Counted from the stretch's first letter, positions 38,566 to 48,385 are shown. The stretch: DNA of 58,170 nucleotides from a virus (IMGVR_UViG_3300010393_000011:1-58170); one strand, 5' to 3'. Notes: generated by a model not told the origin, from the sequence alone. Numbers and translations are program-made.

Positions 38566-40373
38566 GCCAATCCCTCCGGAAACAATACTTCTTGTTTGGC
38601 CCGAACTTGCCGCCCGGGCAGATAGTCGATTACTTCGAATGTATTGTGCAGCCGCCCCATGTAGTTGTTGAAAGCCCCGCCGCCTTCTGTGTATCCAAGA
38701 TTTTTGGCCAGATCCTCCCTGCTTATGCTCTCCGGATAGATTTGAATCAGATACTCGAGGATCTTCTGCAGGGGGCCTTGCTTTATGATCTTAAGCCACC
38801 CCTGATGCAGCTCCTCAACTCCGGCAATCGCTTCGACCTCTCCCGCGACTCCTCTTCCTGACTCGGTCAGCTCTACTTTACCGGCTTCCGGATAATCAAT
38901 ATGGCCATTCGACCGGAGCCTGCCGAGAAGATTATTGAATGCCCCGCCCTTGGGGCTGTATTGAGCTTTTGCCGCAACCATTTCCTTGCTGGGCTTATCT
39001 ATTCCGAGCGCCTCGAATGAGGCTATAGCCTCGAGGATTCGCCGTTGAGGATTAGATAGATCAGAACCTTGTGTCATAGCTGAGTTCCTGATGGGCCTCG
39101 GAAATGCTCGTTTCTCAGTTCTCGGTTTGGCGCCACAATCCGCTGTCTCGCACTGCATGATATGGTGCATTTCATTCCCGCGACCGGATGTGAGATTTTC
39201 TATATGCTCAAAAAGCTCTGCAGGCCTTAGAGATAATCCGGTCAGCTTTTCAATATCTTTGAGGATATTGCAGCTTAATAGATGTATCCCCTGCAACTGA
39301 CCTTCAAGTTTTTTAGCTGCACTATCCAGTTCTTCCTGTAGATGCCTGATTTGGCTTTTCTGAGCCTGAATAATCGGCTCATGATTACATGGCACTGGTA
39401 CCTCTTTTTTAAGCAGCGTATTCTCGCGTTTAAGCGAAGCCAGTTCCTTCTTCAGCTCAATCATATCTTTGGCACGCTTCTCTGCCTGATGAGGGATATC
39501 CGCAAGCTTCTCAATCAGTTGCTTGATCTTGCCAGTAGCCTCTGGATGCGTTTCAACATGCTGCGTGCCGATCCTCGGGTGGGATGATTCAACATCACCG
39601 ACTTTAACCAGGACAATATCGTTGACGGGAACATATCCCTGTGAACCCTCATGTATACGGAAGGCCGGACCATATAAGTGAAATTCTCCGGGCTGTAGCT
39701 TCCGGAGCGCCAGGCTCTCTTCCCTTGAAACAAATCCCAGCTCATCAACCGCCCTTTTGCGATCGATATCCTGAATTGTTCGGCCGATCATCTTATTGCC
39801 AAGTTCCGCAGCTGCGTCTTTGTTGAGCTTGGCCAGTCTCTGTGTGGCCATTATTGTACAAATTCCCCGCTTTCGCCCTCGAGTTGCCAGATCTATCACC
39901 GCGGAAGCTGATTCGGCTTTACCCTTTTCAGGACAGATTAAATGTGCCTCATCCAACACAACCAAAACCGGATGCCGGTATCTCCGAGGAGCGCTTATTA
40001 GGGCCTCAGAAAATGCTTTTACATACGCGATTCGCTCATGCTTCTTGAGTTCGTACAGATCAAATATGCAGGATGCATTGAACTCGAGGAGCTTCAATGC
40101 CAGAAGTTTAACTGATTTTAGTTCGGCGGGAATATCTCCACCCTTGCCCGCAATGATATAATCGAATTTCTCCCTGAGTGTATGAAACTCACCTTCCAGA
40201 TCGATTACCAGCTGCTGGATCCTGCCATATGATTGTTCCAGGATCCTCCGAACGAGCCAGGACTTCCCTGCCCCACTCATCGCCTGAATCATAAGCCGGG
40301 TTTCGGTTAATGTTGCCAGATCCAGGGTAACGGTTTTATTATCATGCAATCCGAGATTTATCATCTTTGCCAA
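38562..40373 (-). CDS. HerA/FtsK-like (DUF87) ATPase with coiled coil and C-terminal wHTH-like repeats
   Basis: AMSGAGKS, IDLEGEF, VVLDEAH, RGRKRG, ATQR; two GGAFNN..GRL repeats. Confidence 0.85.
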   Translation of the reverse strand: MAKMINLGLHDNKTVTLDLATLTETRLMIQAMSGAGKSWLVRRILEQSYGRIQQLVIDLEGEFHTLREKFDYIIAGKGGDIPAELKSVKLLALKLLEFNASCIFDLYELKKHERIAYVKAFSEALISAPRRYRHPVLVVLDEAHLICPEKGKAESASAVIDLATRGRKRGICTIMATQRLAKLNKDAAAELGNKMIGRTIQDIDRKRAVDELGFVSREESLALRKLQPGEFHLYGPAFRIHEGSQGYVPVNDIVLVKVGDVESSHPRIGTQHVETHPEATGKIKQLIEKLADIPHQAEKRAKDMIELKKELASLKRENTLLKKEVPVPCNHEPIIQAQKSQIRHLQEELDSAAKKLEGQLQGIHLLSCNILKDIEKLTGLSLRPAELFEHIENLTSGRGNEMHHIMQCETADCGAKPRTEKRAFPRPIRNSAMTQGSDLSNPQRRILEAIASFEALGIDKPSKEMVAAKAQYSPKGGAFNNLLGRLRSNGHIDYPEAGKVELTESGRGVAGEVEAIAGVEELHQGWLKIIKQGPLQKILEYLIQIYPESISREDLAKNLGYTEGGGAFNNYMGRLHNTFEVIDYLPGRQVRAKQEVLFPEGLA

Positions 40374-40395
40374 TTGTTAGATTGTTAAATTTAAC

Positions 40396-40456
40396 CAGCT
40401 CCCCGGGATGGGGTGACGATATGTGAAAGGGGGCCATACCGCGAACCGGGGAGCTG
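40396..40456. repeat. 11-bp intergenic inverted repeat with 39-nt loop
   Basis: CAGCTCCCCGG / CCGGGGAGCTG. Confidence 0.7.
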
Positions 40457-40467
40457 CAGAATTCTAT

Positions 40468-41085
40468 TTAACTCGGTAATCCCATACTGGCCTGGGACTG
40501 GCCCTCCGAGTGCTTCAAAATAATCTGATCAATTTTGTCAAGCCTGGCTTTGAGCTGCTTCTCGGTAAGCCGCTTCTTTTTATCCTCGGCTTCAATTTTG
40601 TGCATGGCTTTCTGGGCTTCTGATATTTTGTTCACTTCCTCCGAGAAGGCCAGCTCCTCCAGTCTCCGGCGCTGGTCCGATTTGTCACTGGGTGTCAAAG
40701 GCGGATATAAAAGCTTATCGATTTCATCCACCCTGGCGCTGAATGCCGCGGCAGTGAGCTTCTCCTTGGAATCATCTTCCTTGAGCTTTTTGATCAACTC
40801 CTGGACCTTCTTGTTTTTCCTGGCGGCTTTGTCCTGTTCGAAATCAATCAGCCTGACTTCGGCGGCAGTACGTTTAAACAGATCCCTCTGCTCTTTATCC
40901 AGAGGTTTGATTTCCACCGAGCAGTTGACTTCCTCGGCCAGATCGATAAGCCCGTTGGCGTCCAGATGGCGGTTCTCGCTCCGCAAGAACTCGAATTCGA
41001 AGCACCCGACCATTCTCTCTTTGTCGCCGATCTTCTTGAGTTTGAATTTCGGCGGGCTGATACTGCCTTTCAATTTGAATGACAT
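40468..41085 (-). CDS. Hypothetical charged helical protein
   Basis: GGAGG RBS; internal repeat LT....ARxD.ID. Confidence 0.65.
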   Translation of the reverse strand: MSFKLKGSISPPKFKLKKIGDKERMVGCFEFEFLRSENRHLDANGLIDLAEEVNCSVEIKPLDKEQRDLFKRTAAEVRLIDFEQDKAARKNKKVQELIKKLKEDDSKEKLTAAAFSARVDEIDKLLYPPLTPSDKSDQRRRLEELAFSEEVNKISEAQKAMHKIEAEDKKKRLTEKQLKARLDKIDQIILKHSEGQSQASMGLPS

Positions 41086-41179
41086 TTGTCCTCCATGATT
41101 TTGGTTTATTTATAATAAAAAAATTCCTTTTAATATCTTCGCTGCCAGAAGCAGAACCAGCAAGATTCCCGCCACCAGG

Positions 41180-41437
41180 CTACGGCTCATTCGGAACCGG
41201 TTCCTTCTTATTGTTCTCAATCCGGGTCCTCCGCTTTTCGCGCTCATTGAAAAAGTTGACCATTGCTATCGTGTTATCAATAGAGTTGAGATCGGTCACC
41301 CGCTCATTATGCACCCGGTTGACCTGGGGCGGTATCAGGTTCTGGGTGAGAATTTCATCTTCATAATAGTGACGGCGCTTGATCTTGAGTTCCGCCAGGT
41401 ACACCATCACTTCCTCTCCGGAAATATTAACTGTCAT
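41180..41437 (-). CDS. Hypothetical protein
   Basis: Coupled ORF. Confidence 0.5.
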   Translation of the reverse strand: MTVNISGEEVMVYLAELKIKRRHYYEDEILTQNLIPPQVNRVHNERVTDLNSIDNTIAMVNFFNEREKRRTRIENNKKEPVPNEP

Positions 41438-41697
41438 ACTTGCACTCCTACGCCATCAAGTATTAAATGTGAGACCGGCAGCCAGAAGACATATCTGTCT
41501 TTGCGACAGAGCGCTTTCCCGGTGGTTTCATCCAGTCCCACAATTTCGGCTTCGCAATCTATCAATGGGCGTTTGACTGAATCGCATGCGCTGCTGAGCA
41601 GCTCGAATTCGTCCATTGAATCAATCAGAACACGATCGCCCACTATAGGAAGTGCTGCATATTCTTCCTGCTTTTCCGATACATATTTCCATTTCAT
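41434..41697 (-). CDS. Hypothetical protein
   Basis: Coupled ORF. Confidence 0.5.
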   Translation of the reverse strand: MKWKYVSEKQEEYAALPIVGDRVLIDSMDEFELLSSACDSVKRPLIDCEAEIVGLDETTGKALCRKDRYVFWLPVSHLILDGVGVQV

Positions 41698-41851
41698 TCA
41701 TATCCACCTTTCCGGCCTTCTTTGTTGTGGCCTTTTTTGCAATCATAGGCGAGAAGCAGAGATCGCATGTTGGCATGCCTTCATGGGCATGGGTTAGAAT
41801 CTTCTCATGTCCGCAGTTTATGCATTTAACGGTTAATCCAAATTTCACCAT
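41621..41851 (-). CDS. Small zinc-ribbon protein
   Basis: CINC and CDLC pairs. Confidence 0.5.
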   Translation of the reverse strand: MVKFGLTVKCINCGHEKILTHAHEGMPTCDLCFSPMIAKKATTKKAGKVDMNEMEICIGKAGRICSTSYSGRSCSD

Positions 41852-41866
41852 ATCGATAAACCTCTC

Positions 41867-42085
41867 TCAATCTATAATTTCACCGCTGCTCTTTCGCGCC
41901 GCAGCTTTGGCTTCCTCTATACTCTTGGCGATACCTGAATGCAGCCTGCCCTTATGGTCGCGATAATCCCACTGCACCCTTAGCTCATAGTTGAAAAGTG
42001 CGGAGCGGAATTCCTCATAGGCGAACTGGCCCCGCTCATGCGTGGTTGTGCAGCCGTTTTTATTCAACTTGCTTTGACTCATCAA
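41867..42085 (-). CDS. Hypothetical protein
   Basis: GGAGG RBS; QWDYRD..G.L.SG.A motif. Confidence 0.6.
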   Translation of the reverse strand: MMSQSKLNKNGCTTTHERGQFAYEEFRSALFNYELRVQWDYRDHKGRLHSGIAKSIEEAKAAARKSSGEIID

Positions 42086-45000
42086 TAGACCTCCTTCAAA
42101 TTTCCGCTTGCGGTATCATAGATGATTTTCTGCTCGCACTGGTCGGCCAGTTCTTTGCGATGGGTGACCAGCAGGAGCTTATCCAGGCGGCCCAGCTGCA
42201 TGCGTTTCTGAAGCATGTTAAATAGTGCCGAGGCTCGGAAGTCCCGCAGGGCTCCATCGCATTCATCCACCATGGCGAACTTGGGCTCAAAGCCCGACTG
42301 CTGAGCGCGATAGATTGAGACGGCGGCCTGCATGGCCACAATAAAGGGCACCTTCTGACCGCCCGAGAGGAGCCTGATTGGTCGCTCCCCCTGCTCATCG
42401 ATCACAATGATATCAAGCGTCTCAATCTGGCCTTTTCCGGAGGCCTTATCCTTGACCGTGTCAAAACGAATTTGCCAGGATGACCCGAACTCGGAGAGCA
42501 GATCGTTGGCCAGGGATGATATCTGCGGCAGTGCATTTTCCAGAAGCAGGGCAGGAATACCGTTGCGACTGAAAGCAGTCTGCAGCAAAACATAATCGGA
42601 ATAGTCGGCCTTCTTGGAAGCGTGCTTCTTCTCAGTTTCCTTAATTCGCTCCTCCAGCTCGAGCAGTTCCTTTATCTTTGCTTCTGCCGCGGCTTTGGCC
42701 TTCTCAGCCTCCAGAATCCGGGTCTCCTGGGATTCAATACGAGACTTTATTATTCTGATATCATGATTGCATTCACGAATTTCCTCCGCGAGATGGATGT
42801 CGATCTGTTTCTCGAGCTCATCACGTTTTGCTCTTAGCCCGCTCATCTGCTGGGAGAATTCCGGAATGAGCTTATCATACTCTCCCTGCTGGTACGCCAG
42901 AGATTCTCGGGCTTCCTTGAGTTGATCGGCCAGCTGTTCGGCTCGGGCCAGGGCTATGTCCAGACTCGATTTGGCAGGGCCCCAATCAGTTTTCCGGGCC
43001 TTCTCTGGAAAGCCTTCATAATCCAGGCGCAGTACCTCTGTTTCCTCTTCCAGCTTACTCAAAGACTTGCGCAGTGAATCGAGTTTATCCTCGTGCTCAC
43101 CCTCCAGGCTCTGTTTCTCTTTGGCCAGGTCCTTCAGATTATCTACCAGGGGCTTTAGGCTTTTGGAAGCATCAACCGCCGAGGAAATGAGCGGGCACTT
43201 GGAGCAGAGGTCGATGACCTCGGCGATCAGTTCATCTGTGAAGGATCTCCATTCCTGGACATCACCGCTGTAGAACTCTTTTGCGTTAAATTGCTGGCAG
43301 GGCACGTTCTCGAGCCTTTCGGCCAGCTCCTCATTCTGTTTGATCTCGGCTTCAGTGCGCTGAATCTGGTCCTCAATGTTTTTCAGATTCGATGCTTGCA
43401 GGCTCTCAACCTGGCGCAGGTCGCGCCGGGCGGCAGAGATTTCAGCTTCCTTCTTTTCGATCCGTGCCTTTAATTCCTGAGCCTCCTTCGAAAGCTTCAC
43501 CATTTCCTCGATCTTATCCCGGCGCTCGATTAAGTCCTTGTCCTTCTGGATGTCAGCATAGAGTCTCCCGATTTTCATCTCCTGCTTGGCCTTCCAGGCC
43601 TGGAATTTGTTTTGAGTTCTGATCTTCCTGGTGGACAGTTCCTCCAGCTGCTGATCGAGGTCGGCAATCTGCTTTTTAACAGATTCCTGAGTTGCGGCCT
43701 TTTTCTCGCGCTCCTTCAATTTAAACTCGAGCTCCTCCAGTTCCGATGTTGCCAGGAACTTATTAGCCTTATGCTCGGCGATAGCCTTCTGCTGTTTCTC
43801 AAGCTCAGCATCAAACTCCGGTATGAACTCCAGGGCCCGCCGATCTTCCGAAAGCTTCGCTTCCGTTAAGCTGATTTCATTCTGGAGGGCCTGGGCGGAC
43901 TCCTTGGCCTTTTCAGCAATCGCCTGATACTCCGTGAAACCCAAAAAGTCGTAGAACATGTCTTTCAGCTCAGCATTGGTCTTGTTAATCAGACCGTTCG
44001 TACCCTGAACCTGGTAGACGCCTTGCTGAAATAATTCGGGCGAGCCGAAGAGCTCCAGCACGACCCGCTTATAGGAAGGTTTTTTGCCATCATTCAAGGT
44101 GGTCCAGTCTTCGCCGTCCAATCGATAAGCGTAATATTCAGCTTTGCCGCGGACCCCATCCACTACCAGAAGGAACATATAATCAATTCCGTCTATGCTG
44201 ACCACCAGCTCGCGGCAGGAATCCTCCAGCCTGAAGTGGTCGGAGAGCTTGGCGTTCCAGTTCAGGCCGTCATAGTAAAAGCTGAAGGGATAGGGATGCA
44301 GGTTGTCAAAAGTGGTTGATTTTCCGGCTCCGTTATCTCCGTCGAAGAGAATCATGTCGCTGTTGAATTTTTCAAAGTCGATCTTGATCTCATCAGTCCA
44401 GGTGATCCCTTTGGAACCGCGCAGCCTGAGTGATTTGAGACGGATGGTGCCCCGGGCGGTAAGCCCGGCGTCATCCTCCAGCACCAGCTCGCTCTGTAGC
44501 TTGTGGAGCTTGGCCGGTATGTCTTCCGCCAGATCTGTTTCGGTCGTCTCTGCCCAGGCCTTCAGGCGCTCCAGATTCGTTATCGCTTCGTTGATGACCT
44601 CGCACCTCTGGCGGCTCTGAGGTTTGATGATCTTCTCGAATTTGACCGAATTGGGGTGCAGGTCGTTCCAGCTCAGCCATTTCTTGATATGATCTTCATT
44701 GACCAGGTCCTTGGCTTCCGGGGGCATGTGCAAGCGGATCCTGGTGTCGGCCTGATTGCAGCCATGGGGATTGAAGTCTGGAAAGCCGGCCGGGCCGCCG
44801 GTCTTTTTGTCCAGAAATCTAAAAGGCTGGTCGTCGCTGTCTTCGGGGTAATAAATGAGATCAAAATCGACCATGGCCGGGAACGGTGTCGGAATCCGCT
44901 CCAGCTGCAGAATCTCATGCCGATTGACTTCGGCATAGAGCACGGATTTCTGCTCCTTCTCACCCCAGTTATGAGGGAAGGGACTGCCCGAATAAAAGAT

Positions 45001-45723
45001 GTTCTCCCCGATCTGCTGCGGCTTATGAATGTGACCGAGGCAGTTTATGACTGCCCCGGCCTCTCGGATGTCGGTGGTAGATATAACAATATCACCACCA
45101 GTCATAACCTGGCCGGTCGGTGTTTCACTGCCATAGACAGTAAAGTGGCCGAGAAGTAAAGGGATGAATTCGGGATGGCGAGTCGCGAACCGTGCCATTT
45201 CGGCTCGGAATCCCAGAAACAGTTCTCGCACCAAACCGGCCGCTTCAACATCAGCCCGATCCGGAGAAAGATCAAGACCTCTGGACTTCGCCCAGGTCAT
45301 AAGCCCGGACTTGGTCACTCCAGGAATAGGAAATACTGCAAGATTTCCCCGCTCTTTCCTTTTTATATCGATGCACATCGAAAAAAGCTCCGGCCTGTCC
45401 AAAACAAATATCTGCCTCTCGGTATGCAGGCTCTTGAAGATATTCAATGAACCCGGCCGATCATGGGAAGGTGTGCCAGGTATCATGTAAACGTCCTGGA
45501 GCATTGCCAGGCGCCGAATATATCTGATCACCATATACAAGGGGCTGTTTTCATTAACCGCAACTTCCCCGTCCCAGATATCGCCGGGAATAACTACAAT
45601 GTCCGGCTCCTTATCTTCTGCGACCTGCAGGGCAAACTCAAAGAACTTTTCGACCTTATCCAGATTATCGCGGCGGGCATGCAGATCGGCAAAGTGGATC
45701 AGCTTCAATTTATTTTCTGCCAT
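42082..45723 (-). CDS. Single-chain SbcD(Mre11)-SbcC(Rad50) nuclease-ATPase fusion
   Basis: ADLH, GDIWD, GTPSHD, GHF, LGHIH; then GDNGAGKST, coiled coil, LSGGQ, VDECDGAL, LVTH. Confidence 0.9.
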   Translation of the reverse strand: MAENKLKLIHFADLHARRDNLDKVEKFFEFALQVAEDKEPDIVVIPGDIWDGEVAVNENSPLYMVIRYIRRLAMLQDVYMIPGTPSHDRPGSLNIFKSLHTERQIFVLDRPELFSMCIDIKRKERGNLAVFPIPGVTKSGLMTWAKSRGLDLSPDRADVEAAGLVRELFLGFRAEMARFATRHPEFIPLLLGHFTVYGSETPTGQVMTGGDIVISTTDIREAGAVINCLGHIHKPQQIGENIFYSGSPFPHNWGEKEQKSVLYAEVNRHEILQLERIPTPFPAMVDFDLIYYPEDSDDQPFRFLDKKTGGPAGFPDFNPHGCNQADTRIRLHMPPEAKDLVNEDHIKKWLSWNDLHPNSVKFEKIIKPQSRQRCEVINEAITNLERLKAWAETTETDLAEDIPAKLHKLQSELVLEDDAGLTARGTIRLKSLRLRGSKGITWTDEIKIDFEKFNSDMILFDGDNGAGKSTTFDNLHPYPFSFYYDGLNWNAKLSDHFRLEDSCRELVVSIDGIDYMFLLVVDGVRGKAEYYAYRLDGEDWTTLNDGKKPSYKRVVLELFGSPELFQQGVYQVQGTNGLINKTNAELKDMFYDFLGFTEYQAIAEKAKESAQALQNEISLTEAKLSEDRRALEFIPEFDAELEKQQKAIAEHKANKFLATSELEELEFKLKEREKKAATQESVKKQIADLDQQLEELSTRKIRTQNKFQAWKAKQEMKIGRLYADIQKDKDLIERRDKIEEMVKLSKEAQELKARIEKKEAEISAARRDLRQVESLQASNLKNIEDQIQRTEAEIKQNEELAERLENVPCQQFNAKEFYSGDVQEWRSFTDELIAEVIDLCSKCPLISSAVDASKSLKPLVDNLKDLAKEKQSLEGEHEDKLDSLRKSLSKLEEETEVLRLDYEGFPEKARKTDWGPAKSSLDIALARAEQLADQLKEARESLAYQQGEYDKLIPEFSQQMSGLRAKRDELEKQIDIHLAEEIRECNHDIRIIKSRIESQETRILEAEKAKAAAEAKIKELLELEERIKETEKKHASKKADYSDYVLLQTAFSRNGIPALLLENALPQISSLANDLLSEFGSSWQIRFDTVKDKASGKGQIETLDIIVIDEQGERPIRLLSGGQKVPFIVAMQAAVSIYRAQQSGFEPKFAMVDECDGALRDFRASALFNMLQKRMQLGRLDKLLLVTHRKELADQCEQKIIYDTASGNLKEVY

Positions 45724-46654
45724 GCTCGGCCTCCTGGTTGAGAAGGTACTGGTAGAAGCCCCGCAGGTTCGGTTCGGTCATATCGTCCAGGGGCTGAGGA
45801 GGTTTCTTGCCGAGCTGTTGGCAGAGCCTTTTGATTTCGGCCTTGACCTCGAGAAGATCGGCTCTCTGTGATTTGGGTTTGGGAGAGGCCTTTTGGGGCT
45901 TTGTCTCGGACCCGGCAGGCTCCTCCTCTGACCTTCTCAAGACCGTGCTCTCAGTTATTTCCGGCTCCTCCGTGCGCCCTTTGCCATACAGGCGGTCGGC
46001 CGCATGCTGGCCCCGCTCCATCAACAGTTTGGCGTGCAGGGGGTTGTTCATATCCCATTCCGGCATCAGCCTTCCGGCCACAAAAGGCCGGCCCAGCTCC
46101 TTCGGCAAAAAGGAGCTGGGAATGCCGAACTCTTTCTTGACCGCCCGGGCCATCGCGCCGGAGATACAGCGCTCCACTGCAAATTCAATCCGTTTGGCAA
46201 TATCCGCCTTGGAAAGGCCTGTGGCCTCCAGGCTTTTGCGGTCGATGGATTTACTGTTGGTGACGATCTTCAGGTCGCCGGTCATGTCTATGTACTGCCC
46301 CCAGACAGTGGCCCTGACCGCCAGAAGCTCATAGCTCTCGGGCTGGCGCTCTTTGGTGATGTGCGTCTTAAACCAGTTGATTCCGGCGGCGTTACCGATC
46401 TTGATTAAAGCCTGGGAGCTGGGAGAGATTCGGCCGCTCTGTTTAGGGGTAGGATAAAAGTCGCCCTTTTTCTCATCCTCCACGTTGAGCTTGATCGTAC
46501 TTAAGACGATCTTGTGCCCTGGTGGAAGGTATTGAATCACCCGGGCGGGCATGGCCAGATTGAACTGGTCCTCCGGGAATTCTTTCAGTAATTGAACCGG
46601 CCCCTCGTCCAGAGTTCGCTCACTGATTACGGTTGGATAATTTTTGGTTGACAT
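45710..46654 (-). CDS. Hypothetical protein, possible recombination/strand-annealing function
   Basis: Adjacent to SbcCD; ERC.SGA.ARA pattern, disordered C-terminus. Confidence 0.45.
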   Translation of the reverse strand: MSTKNYPTVISERTLDEGPVQLLKEFPEDQFNLAMPARVIQYLPPGHKIVLSTIKLNVEDEKKGDFYPTPKQSGRISPSSQALIKIGNAAGINWFKTHITKERQPESYELLAVRATVWGQYIDMTGDLKIVTNSKSIDRKSLEATGLSKADIAKRIEFAVERCISGAMARAVKKEFGIPSSFLPKELGRPFVAGRLMPEWDMNNPLHAKLLMERGQHAADRLYGKGRTEEPEITESTVLRRSEEEPAGSETKPQKASPKPKSQRADLLEVKAEIKRLCQQLGKKPPQPLDDMTEPNLRGFYQYLLNQEAEHGRK

Positions 46655-46699
46655 CCGAGTTCTCCTTAATTAATCTGAAAGTGCATCGTAGATCACATT

Positions 46700-46988
46700 T
46701 CACTCTTGATGTTTTGTCTCGTGGTCTCTCAGCGATGTTAGATTGCTGCCCGACCGCCCGGTCGGGCAGCTTGTGATCTCATGTTTCTTTTTGTCCCGGT
46801 AGGGTGGAAGATCCAAGACCGGGATTTTTCTGTCTGCAATCATTCCGGCCAGATGCCTGTTTAATTCGTCATTATTCCTGATGAGCTCTTTAATAATTGG
46901 CCGAAGCTGATCGCTTTTATCTCTGCGTCCCTGCTGATACGCTTCTTCCCTAATCTCTTCAAGATGCTTTTTGCTGCAAAGTCTCATA
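46700..46988 (-). CDS. Hypothetical protein
   Basis: GAAAGGA RBS before MRLCSK; start approximate. Confidence 0.55.
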
Positions 46989-47007
46989 TCGATCCTTTCT
47001 AAATCAC

Positions 47008-47189
47008 GAGGCCCCGCCGGCACACCTGCTGATCAGACAGACGCATTGCAATTCGGGGCCTCTTTTCCATCACATAGGGTTTATTCTGTTTCAATCCACA
47101 ATCCGGCGAGGGAGGCAACCAAAAAAAGAGGCCCCGACAAATTAGATTCCGGAGTATCAGGTAGTATGTTGACACCCATCCGGGGCCTC
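47008..47189. repeat. Four alternating GAGGCCCCG/CGGGGCCTC boxes
   Basis: 47008-47016, 47054-47062, 47128-47136, 47181-47189. Confidence 0.85.
47088..47119 (-). CRISPR. Solitary type I-C-like CRISPR repeat (SRU2), degenerate stem
   Basis: GTTGCCTCCCTCGCCGGATTGTGGATTGAAAC, 32 nt. Confidence 0.75.
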
Positions 47190-47222
47190 TTCCTACAACA
47201 AAGGAGGGGGTGAACTGCTGAT

Positions 47223-47712
47223 TCATATTCCGGCCTCCCCATTTATCCCCGCGTCAAACAGATTGCCGTTTATAGTCCGGGGAGGTTTTTGAAATTTATC
47301 TCGATTGGCTTCATAAAGCCGATCCTGATCTCTTATGCGTTTAAGGCAGGCCGCCGTTACCCACTCGCTCTTGGCCCTCGATTCCAGGTGATCGATCGTG
47401 ATCTGGATGTCCTCCCTGCTGACGTAATAACCCTTGGATCCGGAGCAGACATAAAAGCCCATCCTTCTCAGGGCGTTCACGCAGGCTCTGATCATGGCCC
47501 CGTTCAGCCCGAGGATCTCCGACATCCTGGTCTGCTTGATTGCATTGTCTCTGCTGCGGTGCTTCTTCAGCAGGGCCCAGACCCGGCGGGCATTCAACTG
47601 AGTACCGCCGGATTCTTCAATGATGTCCCGGTAAATTTCGAAAGGGTCATCCCGGGGCATAAGCTCCGAGGCCTTGAAGACTTCCGGTATTTCGACCTGA
47701 ATCTTCAATATG
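47223..47712 (-). CDS. Winged-HTH protein
   Basis: IR..V..LR..G..VCS...GY; start probably near the xis stop rather than 47846. Confidence 0.6.
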
Positions 47713-47914
47713 CATCTCTCCCGTGAATCGGATCCTCCGGGACATAGCATCCATCTATGAATGACTGAATGTCCCGGGCGCGCCACCTGACCGGTCCACC
47801 CTTGCCGGAGAGCCGAATCACCGGCAGCTTTCCGATCGAGGTCCACTTACGAAGGGTATTCAATTTGATGCCCAGAATCTCGCAGACTTCTTTTGATGTT
47901 AAGAGCTTATCCAT
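47705..47914 (-). CDS. Excisionase-like HTH_17 protein
   Basis: LLT.KEV.E.LGI...TL.KW...GKLP..R, VRW...DI..FI. Confidence 0.85.
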   Translation of the reverse strand: MDKLLTSKEVCEILGIKLNTLRKWTSIGKLPVIRLSGKGGPVRWRARDIQSFIDGCYVPEDPIHGRDAY

Positions 47915-48142
47915 CTACCATATTCCTTGACAAATAGGAGTCTTGATATATTTTTAAGAAGGAGCCCGGAGAGGCCATTCTCCGGACTCCGCTTCCTCAA
48001 CCTTCCCCCCTCAAGAAATCACTTCTTATGTGTAAGGATTGGGTATGCTTGTTCATGTTCTTAAATCCAGGTCCGGCTTAGAAGGGCTGGGTCGCATTTC
48101 CCGCCGATAAATTATCCGGAGTTCTTTTATGCGTAAATTCCA

Positions 48143-48385
48143 TCATGCTCTAAGTTCGTTATTCTCCTGCTTAGCGCTATTACCTGATGATCGCTTGATC
48201 TCGCTGTCAGAGGCCTTCGGTGTCATGTCATTCTCGCTTATGACGAGATCGCCATCCGAGTTAATAGTCATTTTTAACCTATTATCTCCTGGCTCGATTC
48301 CTTTTGCTTCAAGCCACCATTTTGGCACATACGCAGCCGTAGGCTGGCTTCCGGCCGAGACATTTATTAATTTTGTCCAATTCAT
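48143..48385 (-). CDS. AbrB/MazE/SpoVT-like protein in the Cro position
   Basis: YVPK......GIEPGD..L.....DG.LVI; start reassigned to ATG 48385. Confidence 0.6.
   Translation of the reverse strand: MNWTKLINVSAGSQPTAAYVPKWWLEAKGIEPGDNRLKMTINSDGDLVISENDMTPKASDSEIKRSSGNSAKQENNELRA

Noticed and set aside
33933-47119. A true CRISPR array or mini-array
   Set aside because: No second repeat within spacer distance of either copy and no cas genes
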